Origin: Candidatus Omnitrophica bacterium UBA6253 | GTDB lineage: Bacteria; Omnitrophota; Gorgyraeia; Gygaellales; Profunditerraquicolaceae | NCBI GenBank assembly: GCA_002441245.1 | Contig: DJVP01000008.1 | Span: 106,540-170,539, forward strand | Direction: 5' to 3' | Length of the DNA: 64,000 nt | Shown here: piece by piece, positions 18,354 through 28,826 of the stretch | Position numbering within the stretch: position 1 is the stretch's first letter | How the letters are laid out: each line of letters begins with the position of its first letter | Notes under the pieces: model-generated | The model's input: only the letters and a program-made list of their open reading frames with translations | Databases searched by the model: none | What the model was told of the DNA's origin: nothing | Translations under genes and position numbers: made by a program

Positions 18354-20132
18354 ATGAATAAAAGGCAGCCAACTATACTGTATCGAATTTTATTATCTTT
18401 AGTCGTATTGCCGTTTCTTTGGGGTAATCTTTGTTTTGCTCAAACTCCTGATGAGCTAGAGATAAATTTAGATCTCGGCTCTTCTTCAACACCTCTTCCT
18501 GGAATATATAAAACAAATATTGATCTTAGCGGCCGGGGGGCACATCGCGATATAAGCTGGCCGCAAACACTGGCTGCCAAAGATGTCCTGGATATTTGGC
18601 AAAAGGATTTAGGTTTTAATTGTTTGTATCGTATTCAATATAACCTTTGGGAGATTGCCCAACTGGCCAAAGATGAATCTGCCCAGGCAAAACTTTTGGA
18701 AAACTATGAGGAGATTATTAAGAAAATCAGCGATAGCGGGGGGACGGTAATTCTTGATTTGTTCGGTACTCCTTCAGGTTTAGGCAGGGTGCTTGATAAA
18801 AACAGTTCTGTGTATAATTTAATGGCTTATAAAGAGCTTGTTAAAGATATAATACGTAAATTGAGCTGCAATAAAAAATATAATATCTGGTATGAGGTTT
18901 GGAATGCCCCTGACCTGGAAGATTTTTTCTTGGGAGAAAAGTCTGAATATTTTGCTCTCTATCGCGTTGTTGCTGAAGCAATAAAAGAACTGCGTCAAGA
19001 ATCCAGGATACATATTCCTTTAGGCGGTCCGTCAACGAGTTCTTGGTTTGCGAATATCGGAATTAATAACATTCTTTTTCCCGAACGCAGTTTGATTTAT
19101 GAATTGATAAAATATTGTTCTAATTATAAGCTGCCTTTGGATTTTATATCATGGCACGCATATTCTTCCGACCCAGCCCTTGAAAAACAGGAAACTATTT
19201 ACGGCAAATCCCTTGTTAAACTTATCCGTGAATGGTTAAGTTACTTTAATTTTCAAGGTAGCCTGCCTTTGGTTATCGATGAATGGAATTTTGACGCCGT
19301 TGCTAATATTTCTCCCAAGAGAGGCACAGACGCTTATATTGCCGCCAGCTACATCCCGGCACGTATAAAAAATATGCAGGAGTCTGGGATAGATTGTCAG
19401 ACATATTTCTGTCTCGAGGATTTTGCAGGCAATAAAGAAAAGGTAGCCAGAAATCTTGGGGTTTTTTATTTTGACGCTGAACGCTCAGGATATAAAGGAT
19501 ATGCCAAGGTTAGCTATAATGTTATGCGTATGCTTGGCCTACTGGGCAATGAATTATTACCGGCTCAGCTGGCGGATGAATTTGTTGGGATAATCTCTAC
19601 GAAGTCCCAGGATTATTTTGCCGTGCTCATCTATAATTATATTGATCCGGCGGCAGCGATTAATTATCTATCCCGTAATATCGTTTATTTAAACAGTGCA
19701 GAAAAAAAGGCCGTCTTGAATATAGTGAAATCTGACCGTATCGATAAAATTATTTCCGGACAGACTGATCTGTCTAATTTGCGCCTTAGCCCTAAGGTTA
19801 AAGATATGTTTACCCGGGCTATAGAGTTGAATAGTTCAGCTAAGAAGTTCTCAACAGCCAGCCGGAAAATAAAAATTTCTTTTAAAGGTGCAAAGGAAAT
19901 ATATTTGCTGAGCCGGTATTTGATTAACAGTAGCTGTAGCGGAGATTGTCCTTTTGAGGCTAAAGATGGAAAAGAAGTGGATTTTACCCAGGAATATATT
20001 GAGACACTGGAGATGAGCCCTTATTCGGTGCAGCTTCTGGTTTTTAAAAAGAAGCCCCTGCCTCCCCCCGTTGAGGTAAAACCAGAAGTTAGCGTAACCG
20101 AAGAACCGGTAAAAAATGCAGAAAACAAGTAG
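18354..20132 (+). CDS. secreted TIM-barrel glycoside-hydrolase-like protein (GH39/GH5-like)
   Basis: Signal peptide present. YEVWNAPD (NEP-like, but E replaced by A) and IDEWN segments; C-terminal Pro/Glu-rich tail. Confidence 0.45.
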   Translation: MNKRQPTILYRILLSLVVLPFLWGNLCFAQTPDELEINLDLGSSSTPLPGIYKTNIDLSGRGAHRDISWPQTLAAKDVLDIWQKDLGFNCLYRIQYNLWEIAQLAKDESAQAKLLENYEEIIKKISDSGGTVILDLFGTPSGLGRVLDKNSSVYNLMAYKELVKDIIRKLSCNKKYNIWYEVWNAPDLEDFFLGEKSEYFALYRVVAEAIKELRQESRIHIPLGGPSTSSWFANIGINNILFPERSLIYELIKYCSNYKLPLDFISWHAYSSDPALEKQETIYGKSLVKLIREWLSYFNFQGSLPLVIDEWNFDAVANISPKRGTDAYIAASYIPARIKNMQESGIDCQTYFCLEDFAGNKEKVARNLGVFYFDAERSGYKGYAKVSYNVMRMLGLLGNELLPAQLADEFVGIISTKSQDYFAVLIYNYIDPAAAINYLSRNIVYLNSAEKKAVLNIVKSDRIDKIISGQTDLSNLRLSPKVKDMFTRAIELNSSAKKFSTASRKIKISFKGAKEIYLLSRYLINSSCSGDCPFEAKDGKEVDFTQEYIETLEMSPYSVQLLVFKKKPLPPPVEVKPEVSVTEEPVKNAENK

Positions 20133-21348
20133 GCCAGAGAAACATATTTATACCGTTTTCGAGATAACTCAAGCGATTAAGGGGTTACTTGAGGATAAAA
20201 TTGGAGAGGTTTGGCTTGAAGGCGAGATCTCTAATTTTAAAGCAGCTACCAGCGGGCATTTTTATTTTTCATTAAAAGATCAAAGCGCTTTAATTTGGGC
20301 AGCAATGTTTGCCTATGCTAACAAAAATTTAAAGTTCAAACTTGAAGACGGTCTTAAAGTTATTTGTTTCGGAAAGATTGATGTTTATGGTCCCAGCGGG
20401 CAATATAAGATTATCGTTGAGAGGATAGAGCCTAAAGGTATCGGTGGGCAGCAATTAGCTTTTGAACAGCTGAAGAAAAAGCTGGGCCAGGAAGGCCTGT
20501 TTAATCCGGACCATAAGAAACCTTTGCCATTAATGGCTTTCTCAGTGGGCATTGTTACATCCAGTAAGGGGGCGGCAGTGCGTGATATCCTGCAGATCCT
20601 TAAAAAAGGCGCGCCATGCGTAGATATAGTTGTTCGTTCCGTGCGCGTACAGGGGGAGCATGCATCCGGAGAAATAGCCGCAGCGATAGAGGAATTAAAT
20701 TCTTTTGGTAAAAGTGATTTAATTATTGTCAGCCGCGGAGGCGGCAGCAGCGAAGACCTTTGGTCCTTTAACGAAGAAATTGTTGCCCGGGCAATTTATA
20801 ATTCCAGGCTTCCGGTTATTTCGGCAGTGGGGCACCAGATTAACATAACTCTTTCAGACCTGGCAGCTGATATTTTCGTAGAAACTCCTTCCTCCGCAGC
20901 AAAGATTATCGTAGACAGAAAGAATGCCCTGATTTCTGAGCTGGCTGGCCTTAGGCATAAACTTGATTTTTCCATTAACGATGCACTGGGCAATTTAAAA
21001 AACAGGCTTATCGCTCTTACCCACATGCTTAAAAGCCCGGCTGACCGCCTGTTAGAAAAACAGCAATTACTGGATGAGTTATCCTCTGGATTGAATTATA
21101 ATATGCGGCATTTCCTGGAACTAGCAAAGGAGCGCAGTGGTTCATTAATCCAGAGGCTGGGGGCATTAAGTCCTTTATCAATTTTGTCGCGTGGTTACAG
21201 CTTAAGCATGCTTGTCCCCCAGGGCGTAATACTTAAAGACGTCAGTCAAATAAAGAAGGGCGATCAACTGAAAACAGTTTTACATAAAGGTGCCTTTACG
21301 AGTTTAGTGCAGGAGGTATTTACAGATGAAAGAAAAACTGATGTTTGA
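20116..21348 (+). CDS. xseA: exodeoxyribonuclease VII large subunit
   Basis: OB-fold N-terminus. The catalytic region SRGGGS.EDLW is conserved. Confidence 0.85.
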   Translation: MQKTSRPEKHIYTVFEITQAIKGLLEDKIGEVWLEGEISNFKAATSGHFYFSLKDQSALIWAAMFAYANKNLKFKLEDGLKVICFGKIDVYGPSGQYKIIVERIEPKGIGGQQLAFEQLKKKLGQEGLFNPDHKKPLPLMAFSVGIVTSSKGAAVRDILQILKKGAPCVDIVVRSVRVQGEHASGEIAAAIEELNSFGKSDLIIVSRGGGSSEDLWSFNEEIVARAIYNSRLPVISAVGHQINITLSDLAADIFVETPSSAAKIIVDRKNALISELAGLRHKLDFSINDALGNLKNRLIALTHMLKSPADRLLEKQQLLDELSSGLNYNMRHFLELAKERSGSLIQRLGALSPLSILSRGYSLSMLVPQGVILKDVSQIKKGDQLKTVLHKGAFTSLVQEVFTDERKTDV

Positions 21349-21568
21349 AGAGGATTTAAAAAAGTTGCAGAAAATCGTTGAGGATCTTTCAGGGGGCAAG
21401 CTTACTTTGGGTGAGTCACTTAAGAAATATGAAGAAGGGGTTAAGCTTGCGCAATCCTGTTCATTAACTTTGGCTGATGCCGAGCGTAAGGTGGAATTGC
21501 TGATGAAGAAAGAGGGAAAGTTTTCTCTGGAAAAATTTGATGATACGGATGTAGCGGAAGAGAAATAA
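21326..21568 (+). CDS. xseB: exodeoxyribonuclease VII small subunit
   Basis: 80-aa helical protein with FEE.L..LE.IV..LE.G motif. It overlaps the end of xseA. Confidence 0.8.
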   Translation: MKEKLMFEEDLKKLQKIVEDLSGGKLTLGESLKKYEEGVKLAQSCSLTLADAERKVELLMKKEGKFSLEKFDDTDVAEEK

Positions 21569-21570
21569 AC

Positions 21571-23439
21571 ATGTTATTAGAAAAAATAAACTCATCAGAA
21601 GATTTAAAAAAGTTGAGTTTAGGTGAACTTAATTCTTTGGCTGTAGAGGTCCGCGCCAGATTAGTCGAAGTTGTTTCCCGCACCGGCGGACATCTGGCTT
21701 CAAGCCTGGGGGCCGTAGATTTGATTATCGCCTTGCATTATTGTTTAAATACCCCCAAAGATAAGATTATTTTTGACGTTGGGCATCAGGCTTATGCACA
21801 TAAGATATTGACCGGCCGTAATTCCATGTTCCATACACTTAGGCAATACCATGGTCTAAGCGGTTTTCCTTCCAAGGATGAATCAATTTATGATTCTTTT
21901 ACTACAGGCCACAGCTCAAATGCTGTTTCTTTAGGTTTAGGTCTTGCCTGCGCCAGGGATCTTTTGTCTAAGGAGGAGCAGTTTAAGGTTGTATGTGTAA
22001 TTGGTGACGGATCGCTAAGCGGCGGTCTTTGTTTTGAAGGCCTGAATAACACCGGCCACCTGAAAAAAGATATCTTAGTAATTTTGAACACCAACGAACT
22101 AAGCATTGCTCCAAATGTAGGGGCAATTAGTAACTATTTGAATAAGATTATTTCTCTGCCGGTTTACAACCGTTTTCATGACAACCTGGTTAATTTCTTG
22201 ACAACTCGCGTTCCTCGCGGAAGCCGCCTGATAAAACTTATGGCTAAATTTGAAGAAGGGTTGAAGGGGCTGTTTGTCCCGGGGATGTTTTTTGAGGAAT
22301 TGGGATTTCGTTACTTTGGGCCCATTGATGGTCATGATTTGGAGAAATTAATACCCACCTTGAAGAATATTATTAGCATAAAAGGGCCGCGGCTTTTGCA
22401 TGTGGTTACAAAAAAGGGCAAAGGCTGCTCTTTTGCCGAGGAGGACCCTGTAAAATTCCATGGCATCAGCTGTTTTGATATAAATACTGGTGAAGTTATT
22501 CCCAGAAGGAGGTATTCTTCTGAGTCAAAAAGTTATACAGAAATATTCCGTGATAAAATAGTGGAGTTGGCGCATAAGGATAGCCGGATTTTGGCAATAA
22601 CAGCAGCCATGCCGGAAGGATCCGGTCTTGATAAATTCCGCGATATCTTCCCGGGCAGATTCTTTGATGTGGGGATCGCCGAGGCCCATGCTGTTTGCTT
22701 TGCGGCTGGGCTTGCCAGGCAGGGGTTTAAACCGGTGGTGGCTGTGTATTCTACATTTTTGCAGCGCGCATATGACCAGATTATCCAGGAGGTTTCATTG
22801 CAGGAGCTGCCGGTAATATTTGCTGTTGACCGGGCTGGGATTGTAGGAGAAGATGGGGTTACGCACCAGGGCATATTTGACATTGCCTATTTGAAGAGTA
22901 TCCCGAATTTAGTGATTATAGCGCCAAAAGACGGCCGGGAATTTGAAGCAATGCTGGAATTTGCCGTTTCTTTGAATAAGCCGGTGGCAATAAGATATCC
23001 TCGCGCCAACACCTTTTTAAGCAGTGATTTGCCGCAACCATTGAAATTAGGCAAAGCAGAATTAGTTAAAGAGGGTAAGGATTTTACAATTATTGCCCTG
23101 GGTAGCATGGTATTGATTGCCAAGGATGCAATTGAGTTATTAAAAGGTGAAGGGTTATCCGGTAGCCTGATTAATGCCCGGTTTGTTGCCCCTTTAGATA
23201 TCGGGTTAATGAAAAGTGCTTGCGCAAAGACAAAATTGGTATTTACTATAGAAGAAGGGATCCGGGATGCGGGTTTTGGCAGTGCGGTTGCCCAGGAGTT
23301 AGGTAAGCAGGTTTTACGTATAGGACTGCCATCTGAATTTATCCCGCACGGGCAAAGAGAATTGCTTTTAGAAAAATATGGATTGACTGCCTTGGGGATT
23401 GCCGAAAATATCCGTCAGGCGCTAAAAAATAATGGCTAA
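21571..23439 (+). CDS. dxs: 1-deoxy-D-xylulose-5-phosphate synthase
   Basis: GGHL.S.LG, the TPP-binding GDG motif, and a transketolase-like C-terminus. Confidence 0.9.
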   Translation: MLLEKINSSEDLKKLSLGELNSLAVEVRARLVEVVSRTGGHLASSLGAVDLIIALHYCLNTPKDKIIFDVGHQAYAHKILTGRNSMFHTLRQYHGLSGFPSKDESIYDSFTTGHSSNAVSLGLGLACARDLLSKEEQFKVVCVIGDGSLSGGLCFEGLNNTGHLKKDILVILNTNELSIAPNVGAISNYLNKIISLPVYNRFHDNLVNFLTTRVPRGSRLIKLMAKFEEGLKGLFVPGMFFEELGFRYFGPIDGHDLEKLIPTLKNIISIKGPRLLHVVTKKGKGCSFAEEDPVKFHGISCFDINTGEVIPRRRYSSESKSYTEIFRDKIVELAHKDSRILAITAAMPEGSGLDKFRDIFPGRFFDVGIAEAHAVCFAAGLARQGFKPVVAVYSTFLQRAYDQIIQEVSLQELPVIFAVDRAGIVGEDGVTHQGIFDIAYLKSIPNLVIIAPKDGREFEAMLEFAVSLNKPVAIRYPRANTFLSSDLPQPLKLGKAELVKEGKDFTIIALGSMVLIAKDAIELLKGEGLSGSLINARFVAPLDIGLMKSACAKTKLVFTIEEGIRDAGFGSAVAQELGKQVLRIGLPSEFIPHGQRELLLEKYGLTALGIAENIRQALKNNG

Positions 23440-23635
23440 AATTATAATTAATCAGGATAGATGTAAAGGCTGTTTTTTATGCATGAGTTTTTGCCCAAAG
23501 GGATTGATTAAAAGAAGCCCAAAGTTAAATAAACGGGGCTTAAACTTTGTTGAGTTTGATCCGGTGGGTGAATGTATTGGTTGTATGCAATGCGCGCTAA
23601 TTTGCCCAGATTGCTGTATAGAGGTATATAAATAG
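23432..23635 (+). CDS. 2-oxoacid:ferredoxin oxidoreductase delta subunit (2x[4Fe-4S] ferredoxin)
   Basis: Two CxxCxxCxxxCP motifs; first gene of a 4-gene overlapping operon. Confidence 0.8.
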   Translation: MAKIIINQDRCKGCFLCMSFCPKGLIKRSPKLNKRGLNFVEFDPVGECIGCMQCALICPDCCIEVYK

Positions 23636-23637
23636 AT

Positions 23638-24705
23638 ATGTTAAAAAAAAGAATATTGATTTCCGGTAATGAAGCAATTGCCGAAGGGGCAATCCAGGCG
23701 GGGTGTAATTTCTATGCAGGCTATCCGATTACCCCGCAAAATGAGCTTATTGCTTATATGGCTAAACATATGCCTGTCTGCCGGCCAGACAGACAATCCG
23801 GGGGGGTTTTTATCCAGGCGGAGTCAGAGTTAGCTGCGATTAATATGGTTTATGGGGCATCAGCTGCAGGGGCTCGGGCAATGACTTCTTCTTCCAGTCC
23901 GGGCGTAAGTTTAAAACAAGAGGGGGTATCTTATATTTCCGGCTCTCAACTGCCGGCGGTAATCGTAAATATTATGCGCGGCGGGCCAGGCCTGGGCAAT
24001 ATCGCCCCTGCTCAATCGGATTATTTTCAGGCTACGCGCGGCGGAGGCCATGGGGATTATCGTTTGATAGTCTTGGCTCCTGCGGGCGTACAAGAGGCGT
24101 ATGATTTGACGCAAACAGGTTTTCGTTTAGCGGATAAATACCGCATTGCCGTTATGATCTTAGGGGATGGAATTTTAGGCCAGATGATGGAGCCGGTAAA
24201 GTTGTCTACCAAGAAAATAACCGCCAGCCCCCTAAGGCCCTGGGCGCTTACCGGTTGTAAAGACAGAAAGCCAAACATTGTTAAGTCATTTTTTCTTCGT
24301 GAAGGCGATCTCGAGAAGTTTAATCTTAAACTCCAGAAGAATTACCAAATTATCAAAGAAAATGAGGCGCGTTACGAAGGCTTATTATTGGATGACGCTA
24401 AAATTATCCTGGTTGCTTATGGGACAATGGCGCGTATTGCAAAAAGCGCCCTTAACCAATTAAGGCTGACGGGCAAGAAGGTCGGGTTGATTCGTCCGAT
24501 CAGCCTGTGGCCATTTCCGGAAAAAGCGTTCCAGTCGAGAAATAAGAAAGTTAAATATCTGGTAGTTGAGATGTCTTATGGCCAGATGGTTGAAGATGTA
24601 AAACTTGCAGTTAATGGTTCTGCGCAGGTAGATTTTCTCGGCCGTTCAGGCGGCGGGATACCCAGCGAAGAAGAGATTATTAACAGGGTGAATAAACTAA
24701 TATAA
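23638..24705 (+). CDS. 2-oxoacid:ferredoxin oxidoreductase alpha subunit
   Basis: POR/KOR alpha N-terminal signature GNEA.A.GA...G..F.AGYPITP. Confidence 0.85.
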   Translation: MLKKRILISGNEAIAEGAIQAGCNFYAGYPITPQNELIAYMAKHMPVCRPDRQSGGVFIQAESELAAINMVYGASAAGARAMTSSSSPGVSLKQEGVSYISGSQLPAVIVNIMRGGPGLGNIAPAQSDYFQATRGGGHGDYRLIVLAPAGVQEAYDLTQTGFRLADKYRIAVMILGDGILGQMMEPVKLSTKKITASPLRPWALTGCKDRKPNIVKSFFLREGDLEKFNLKLQKNYQIIKENEARYEGLLLDDAKIILVAYGTMARIAKSALNQLRLTGKKVGLIRPISLWPFPEKAFQSRNKKVKYLVVEMSYGQMVEDVKLAVNGSAQVDFLGRSGGGIPSEEEIINRVNKLI

Positions 24706-25433
24706 TGGAAAAAATATTTGCTCATCCAGAAGCGCTATATGATGTATCCACACATTATTGTCCGGGTTGCGGCCACGGCATTGCCCATCGTTTGGTTGCC
24801 GAAGTAGTTGATGATCTGGGCATAAGAGAGAAAACCATTGGTATAGCCCCGGTGGGTTGCGCTGTTGTTGCTTATGATTATTGGAAATTTGATTGTTCGG
24901 AGGCAGCCCATGGTCGGGCCCTGGCTGTTGCTACTGCCATAAAAAGGGTACGGCCGCAAAATGTCGTTTTTACTTATCAGGGAGACGGAGATTTGGCTGC
25001 CATAGGCACGAATGAGACTATCCATGCGGCTAACCGCGGAGAAAATCTGACCGTAGTTTTTATCAACAACGCGGTTTACGGGATGACCGGAGGCCAGATG
25101 GCCCCGACTACGCTATTAGGGCAGAAGACATCTACAACCGTTAACGGAAGGGAAAAAGCAAAGCACGGTTATCCCTTAAAGATATCTGAAATGTTAGCAT
25201 TGTTGCCCGGCGTCTGTTATGTTGAGAGGGTTTCTTTGCATAACCCGCAAGGGGTATTCAAGGCCAAGCAGGCGATAAAGCAGGCATTTAAAAATCAAAT
25301 GGATAATTCAGGTTTTTCTTTAGTGGAGGTACTTTCGCCTTGTCCGACTTATTGGGGCTTAAGCCCTAAAGAGGCGCTGGATTGGATCAGGGATGTGATG
25401 CAGAAAGAGTTTCCTTTAGGAAGGATTAAATGA
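24705..25433 (+). CDS. 2-oxoacid:ferredoxin oxidoreductase beta subunit (TPP-binding)
   Basis: CPGCGHG and GDGD.A.IG TPP-binding motifs. Confidence 0.85.
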   Translation: MEKIFAHPEALYDVSTHYCPGCGHGIAHRLVAEVVDDLGIREKTIGIAPVGCAVVAYDYWKFDCSEAAHGRALAVATAIKRVRPQNVVFTYQGDGDLAAIGTNETIHAANRGENLTVVFINNAVYGMTGGQMAPTTLLGQKTSTTVNGREKAKHGYPLKISEMLALLPGVCYVERVSLHNPQGVFKAKQAIKQAFKNQMDNSGFSLVEVLSPCPTYWGLSPKEALDWIRDVMQKEFPLGRIK

Positions 25434-25966
25434 TTGAAAGCGTAATTATTGCCGGCAGCGGCGGACAGGGTGTCATGCTTTTGGGTAAGGTTTTGGCTGA
25501 AGCGGTAATGCGCCAAGGTCAGCAGGTTATTTGGTTCCCTGCTTATGGCCCTGAAGTCCGCGGAGGGACCAGCCATTGTATGGTCACTATATCTGACCAG
25601 GAGATAGGCTCTCCTTATATTACTAAAGCCGATACGCTTATAATTTTAAATAACCCATCATTAGAGAGATTTAAAAGCAGGGTTAAGGATAAGGGTTTGT
25701 TGATTCTTAACTCCTCTTTAGCTAAAACCTCCGGTTTAGGAAAAATAAAAGTATTGCAGTTTCCTTTTACAGATATTGCTATAAGCTTGGGCAATATTAA
25801 AGTAGCTAATATGGTGGCCCTGGGCTGTTACTTAGGGGCTAAGAAGACCGTGAAGATTAAAGAGGTGCTGGAGGTATTTAAGTCTATGGTCCCTGCCGGG
25901 AAAACGGATATTTTAGAGATTAACCAGAAGGCTTTGCAGGAAGGAGTAAAGTTGATAGATGGTTAG
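25430..25966 (+). CDS. 2-oxoacid:ferredoxin oxidoreductase gamma subunit
   Basis: IAGSGGQGV N-terminus typical of POR gamma. Confidence 0.8.
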   Translation: MIESVIIAGSGGQGVMLLGKVLAEAVMRQGQQVIWFPAYGPEVRGGTSHCMVTISDQEIGSPYITKADTLIILNNPSLERFKSRVKDKGLLILNSSLAKTSGLGKIKVLQFPFTDIAISLGNIKVANMVALGCYLGAKKTVKIKEVLEVFKSMVPAGKTDILEINQKALQEGVKLIDG

Positions 25967-27251
25967 AGTAAGGTTTGCCCCAAGCCCCACAGGTAATTTA
26001 CATATCGGCGGCGGACGTACCGCTTTATTTAATTGGCTTTTCTCCCAGTCGCAAAAAGGAAAATTTGTTTTAAGGATTGAAGACACGGATAAAGAGCGCT
26101 CCAAGAAAGAATTTGTGGATGAGATACTTTTTAGCCTTAAATGGCTGGGTTTTAACTGGGATGAGCTTTATTACCAGAGCGAGCGTTTTGACAGGTACCG
26201 GGGGTATGCAGATAAACTGCTTAAATCCGGTTTAGCTTATATTGAGAAATCCCCCGAAGGCAAAGAAGCGGTGATCTTTAAGGTTACCGCGCAGAAGATA
26301 AGGGTTAACGATCTTGTCCGCGGCGAAATTGAATTTGATTCCAGCTTAATTAAGGACCAGGTATTAATTAAGTCCGACGGTACCCCAACTTATAATTTTG
26401 CCTGCGTAGTGGATGATGCGGAAATGAATATTACGCATATAATCCGCGGGGATGACCATATTTCAAACACTCCGAAACAGGTTCTTTTTTATGAGGCTCT
26501 AGGATTCCCCTTGCCTAATTTCGCGCACCTTCCTTTGATTATGGGGATGGATGGAGGCAGGCTTTCCAAGAGGACTGGGGCAACTGCGATCAGCGATTAC
26601 CGTAAGATGGGATATTTGCCGGAGGCGCTGGCAAATTATCTTTTACTGTTAAGCTGGGCCCCGGGTGGCAACCGCGAGATCGTTAACCTTAACGAGGCAA
26701 TAGGATTATTTGATATAAAGAATGTTAATAAGACAGCGGCTACCTTTGATTTAAAGAAGCTGGATTGGATGAATAACCAGTATTTAAAGAATGCTGATCC
26801 TCAAAAATTGCTTGATGAGCTTATGCCGTTGCTTGTTGAGAGGGGCTATATCGCAGAAAAACAATTCGACCGTGATTATGTGCTGGGGTTGATAAGGTTG
26901 TTCCAGCCGAGGCTGGCTCACTTAAATGATTTTGTTGATTGGGCGGATTTTTTCTTTATCGAAGAGATTAAAACTGACCCGCTTGCGCAAGAGAAGTTTT
27001 TGTCTAAAGATTTATCCAATGAATTCAAGCTTTTTATTGCCGAACTTGAGAGTTTAAGTAATTTTAATGTTGAGAATATTGAAAAAAGTTTCCGCGGCCT
27101 GGTGGCAAAGCTTAATACTGAAGCCAAGGTATTAATTCACCCGCTTAGGGTCGCTTTAACGGGCAAGACGATCGGTCCGGGGCTTTTTGAGTTGATATAT
27201 TATTTAGGTTTAGAGCGGACAAAAAGGAGGTTGTTAAAATGGACAAAATGA
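25959..27251 (+). CDS. gltX: glutamyl-tRNA synthetase
   Basis: RFAPSPTGNLHIGG (HIGH) and KMSKR-like LSKR motifs. Confidence 0.9.
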   Translation: MVRVRFAPSPTGNLHIGGGRTALFNWLFSQSQKGKFVLRIEDTDKERSKKEFVDEILFSLKWLGFNWDELYYQSERFDRYRGYADKLLKSGLAYIEKSPEGKEAVIFKVTAQKIRVNDLVRGEIEFDSSLIKDQVLIKSDGTPTYNFACVVDDAEMNITHIIRGDDHISNTPKQVLFYEALGFPLPNFAHLPLIMGMDGGRLSKRTGATAISDYRKMGYLPEALANYLLLLSWAPGGNREIVNLNEAIGLFDIKNVNKTAATFDLKKLDWMNNQYLKNADPQKLLDELMPLLVERGYIAEKQFDRDYVLGLIRLFQPRLAHLNDFVDWADFFFIEEIKTDPLAQEKFLSKDLSNEFKLFIAELESLSNFNVENIEKSFRGLVAKLNTEAKVLIHPLRVALTGKTIGPGLFELIYYLGLERTKRRLLKWTK

Positions 27252-27832
27252 GACTTTGCATCTTTTGCGCCGCTTTTCTTGCTTTTTGCCAAAGCTTAGT
27301 TCTTGGCGAGACCGTTTTACTTAAATCAGGACAAAAAGTTGAAGGCAGAATTATTGAAAATACAGACAAATATGTAAAATTAGATTTCCATGGGGTTGAA
27401 TTGACTTATTATAAAGATGAAGTAGCTTCTATTGCCCAGGGGGTTCAGGGGAGCGGGGATACCGTAAGCCCCCAATTAGAATCTCTTTATCAGGCTTATA
27501 CGTCTTCTTTGAGTATCCCCCAAAATAGACAAGAGGAAAAGACTGCGGAAATTCCGTTACCAGTTGTCCCGCAGCCTGCAGAGGCTAGTCAGGCAGCCTC
27601 TACGTTTACTCCAAGTGCGGATTTATCACAGCTGCCTCCTGAATACCAAAAGATGATTCAATCTATTATGCAGGGGGCTCATGTCAGCCAGCAGGCAGGT
27701 GGCAAGCCTATGGCGGCGATGCCAATAGGAATGGATCTTTCAAAACTTCCACCTGAATACCAGAAGGTTATAAAATCAACCATGACCAATCTTCAGGCCG
27801 CTAAATCCGATTCTGCAGGGGGAAATAAATAA
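27239..27832 (+). CDS. secreted protein with internal duplicated LPPEYQK repeat
   Basis: Signal peptide. The segment DLSQLPPEYQKMIQSIM / DLSKLPPEYQKVIKSTM is duplicated at both protein and DNA level. Confidence 0.6.
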   Translation: MDKMRLCIFCAAFLAFCQSLVLGETVLLKSGQKVEGRIIENTDKYVKLDFHGVELTYYKDEVASIAQGVQGSGDTVSPQLESLYQAYTSSLSIPQNRQEEKTAEIPLPVVPQPAEASQAASTFTPSADLSQLPPEYQKMIQSIMQGAHVSQQAGGKPMAAMPIGMDLSKLPPEYQKVIKSTMTNLQAAKSDSAGGNK

Positions 27833-27905
27833 TCAAGATAAAATATTTCCTTGAACCCCTTGAAATTTATAGTCAATTTGTGTTATATTTTATCAGTGAG
27901 ATGTA

Positions 27906-27984
27906 AGGCAAGGGGTAAACTACCAGCGGGCAGGCAATGCCCAGAAATAAAAGCCAATAAAATTTCCCCTTGCCTTTTATTTTA
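27906..27984 (+). terminator. extended hairpin (10-bp stem aggcaagggg/ccccttgcct with inner stem-loop) followed by U-rich tract; terminator or small structured RNA
   Basis: Inverted repeats seen directly; tttatttta follows. Confidence 0.4.
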
Positions 27985-28033
27985 TCCCGTTAGAAGTCAA
28001 CTTGAAAAAGTCCCAGTATAAATTATAAAAGTA

Positions 28034-28061
28034 TTGACTAGAGCTATTTATTGCATAGAAT
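28034..28061 (+). promoter_or_regulatory. sigma70-like promoter
   Basis: TTGACT, a 16-nt spacer, then TAGAAT. RBS AAGGGAGG and the ATG at 28106 follow. Confidence 0.5.
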
Positions 28062-28105
28062 AAAGCTATCAAGCATAAGTATTCCTAACAGTTAAGGGAG
28101 GAAAT

Positions 28106-28513
28106 ATGTGCAAGAAGGTTCTATGGCTGTGGTTGGTTATCCTGTTTCTTACCATAGGGTTAGCTTTTGCGGAGAATAAAAAATCAAATCCGCCAGTGGA
28201 TGATAGCTCTATCGCCTTGTTTTCGGGAGAGGATATAATTGAAGTTGATGATATAACCGTTTTTGACGTATTGCGTGCGATAACCTTCTGGCTTAGCCCG
28301 GTTATATTCTTTGTAGGATTACTTTTGGTACTTTACGGAAATTTCAGGAAGCTTGAAACAATTTTTTCCAAAGAACTAGGCATACGCAAGAAAGTCTTTC
28401 CCAAGCTGGAAGCCTATAACTTTACTTTTCATGAATGGCTTTTAGAGAGGAATGTTTTAGTGGGCCTAATTTGCATGGTTTGCGGGTTAATCTTCTTCTT
28501 TGTTTTAAGATAG
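28106..28513 (+). CDS. small membrane protein (signal/TM N-terminus, 2 further TM helices)
   Basis: Strong RBS; hydrophobic segments; no family recognised. Confidence 0.55.
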   Translation: MCKKVLWLWLVILFLTIGLAFAENKKSNPPVDDSSIALFSGEDIIEVDDITVFDVLRAITFWLSPVIFFVGLLLVLYGNFRKLETIFSKELGIRKKVFPKLEAYNFTFHEWLLERNVLVGLICMVCGLIFFFVLR

Positions 28514-28826
28514 CGTTATAATCAGGGGGGTGGGCATGTTTACTGCACTTGTAGTTTCAGCGTTAATGCTGGGTTTAATATTTGTTTTCATCGTCGATGT
28601 ATCATTTAACTTACGCCGGGTGAATAAAAACATTATGAAACTTTTGAAGAAGTATGAAGATGTCCATGGCACAATAAAAAAATAAGGGTAAATATTACAA
28701 TCTGCGTATAATTAAACCACCCTTTTTGACTTGGGAATACACAATTAATAAATATAAACCATAACTAGGAGAACAAACATTTTTATATTATCTAATTTTC
28801 TAATTGCAGCAGCGCATGTTTTAAAT

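Noticed and set aside
28536-28628. 30-aa hydrophobic small ORF (MFTALVVSALMLGLIFVFIVDVSFNLRRGE) after the 28106 membrane protein gene
   Set aside because: It is too short to support without conservation data and could be a small membrane peptide. I first misread it as 49 aa, then recounted a run of Gs and found the stop at 28626-28628.
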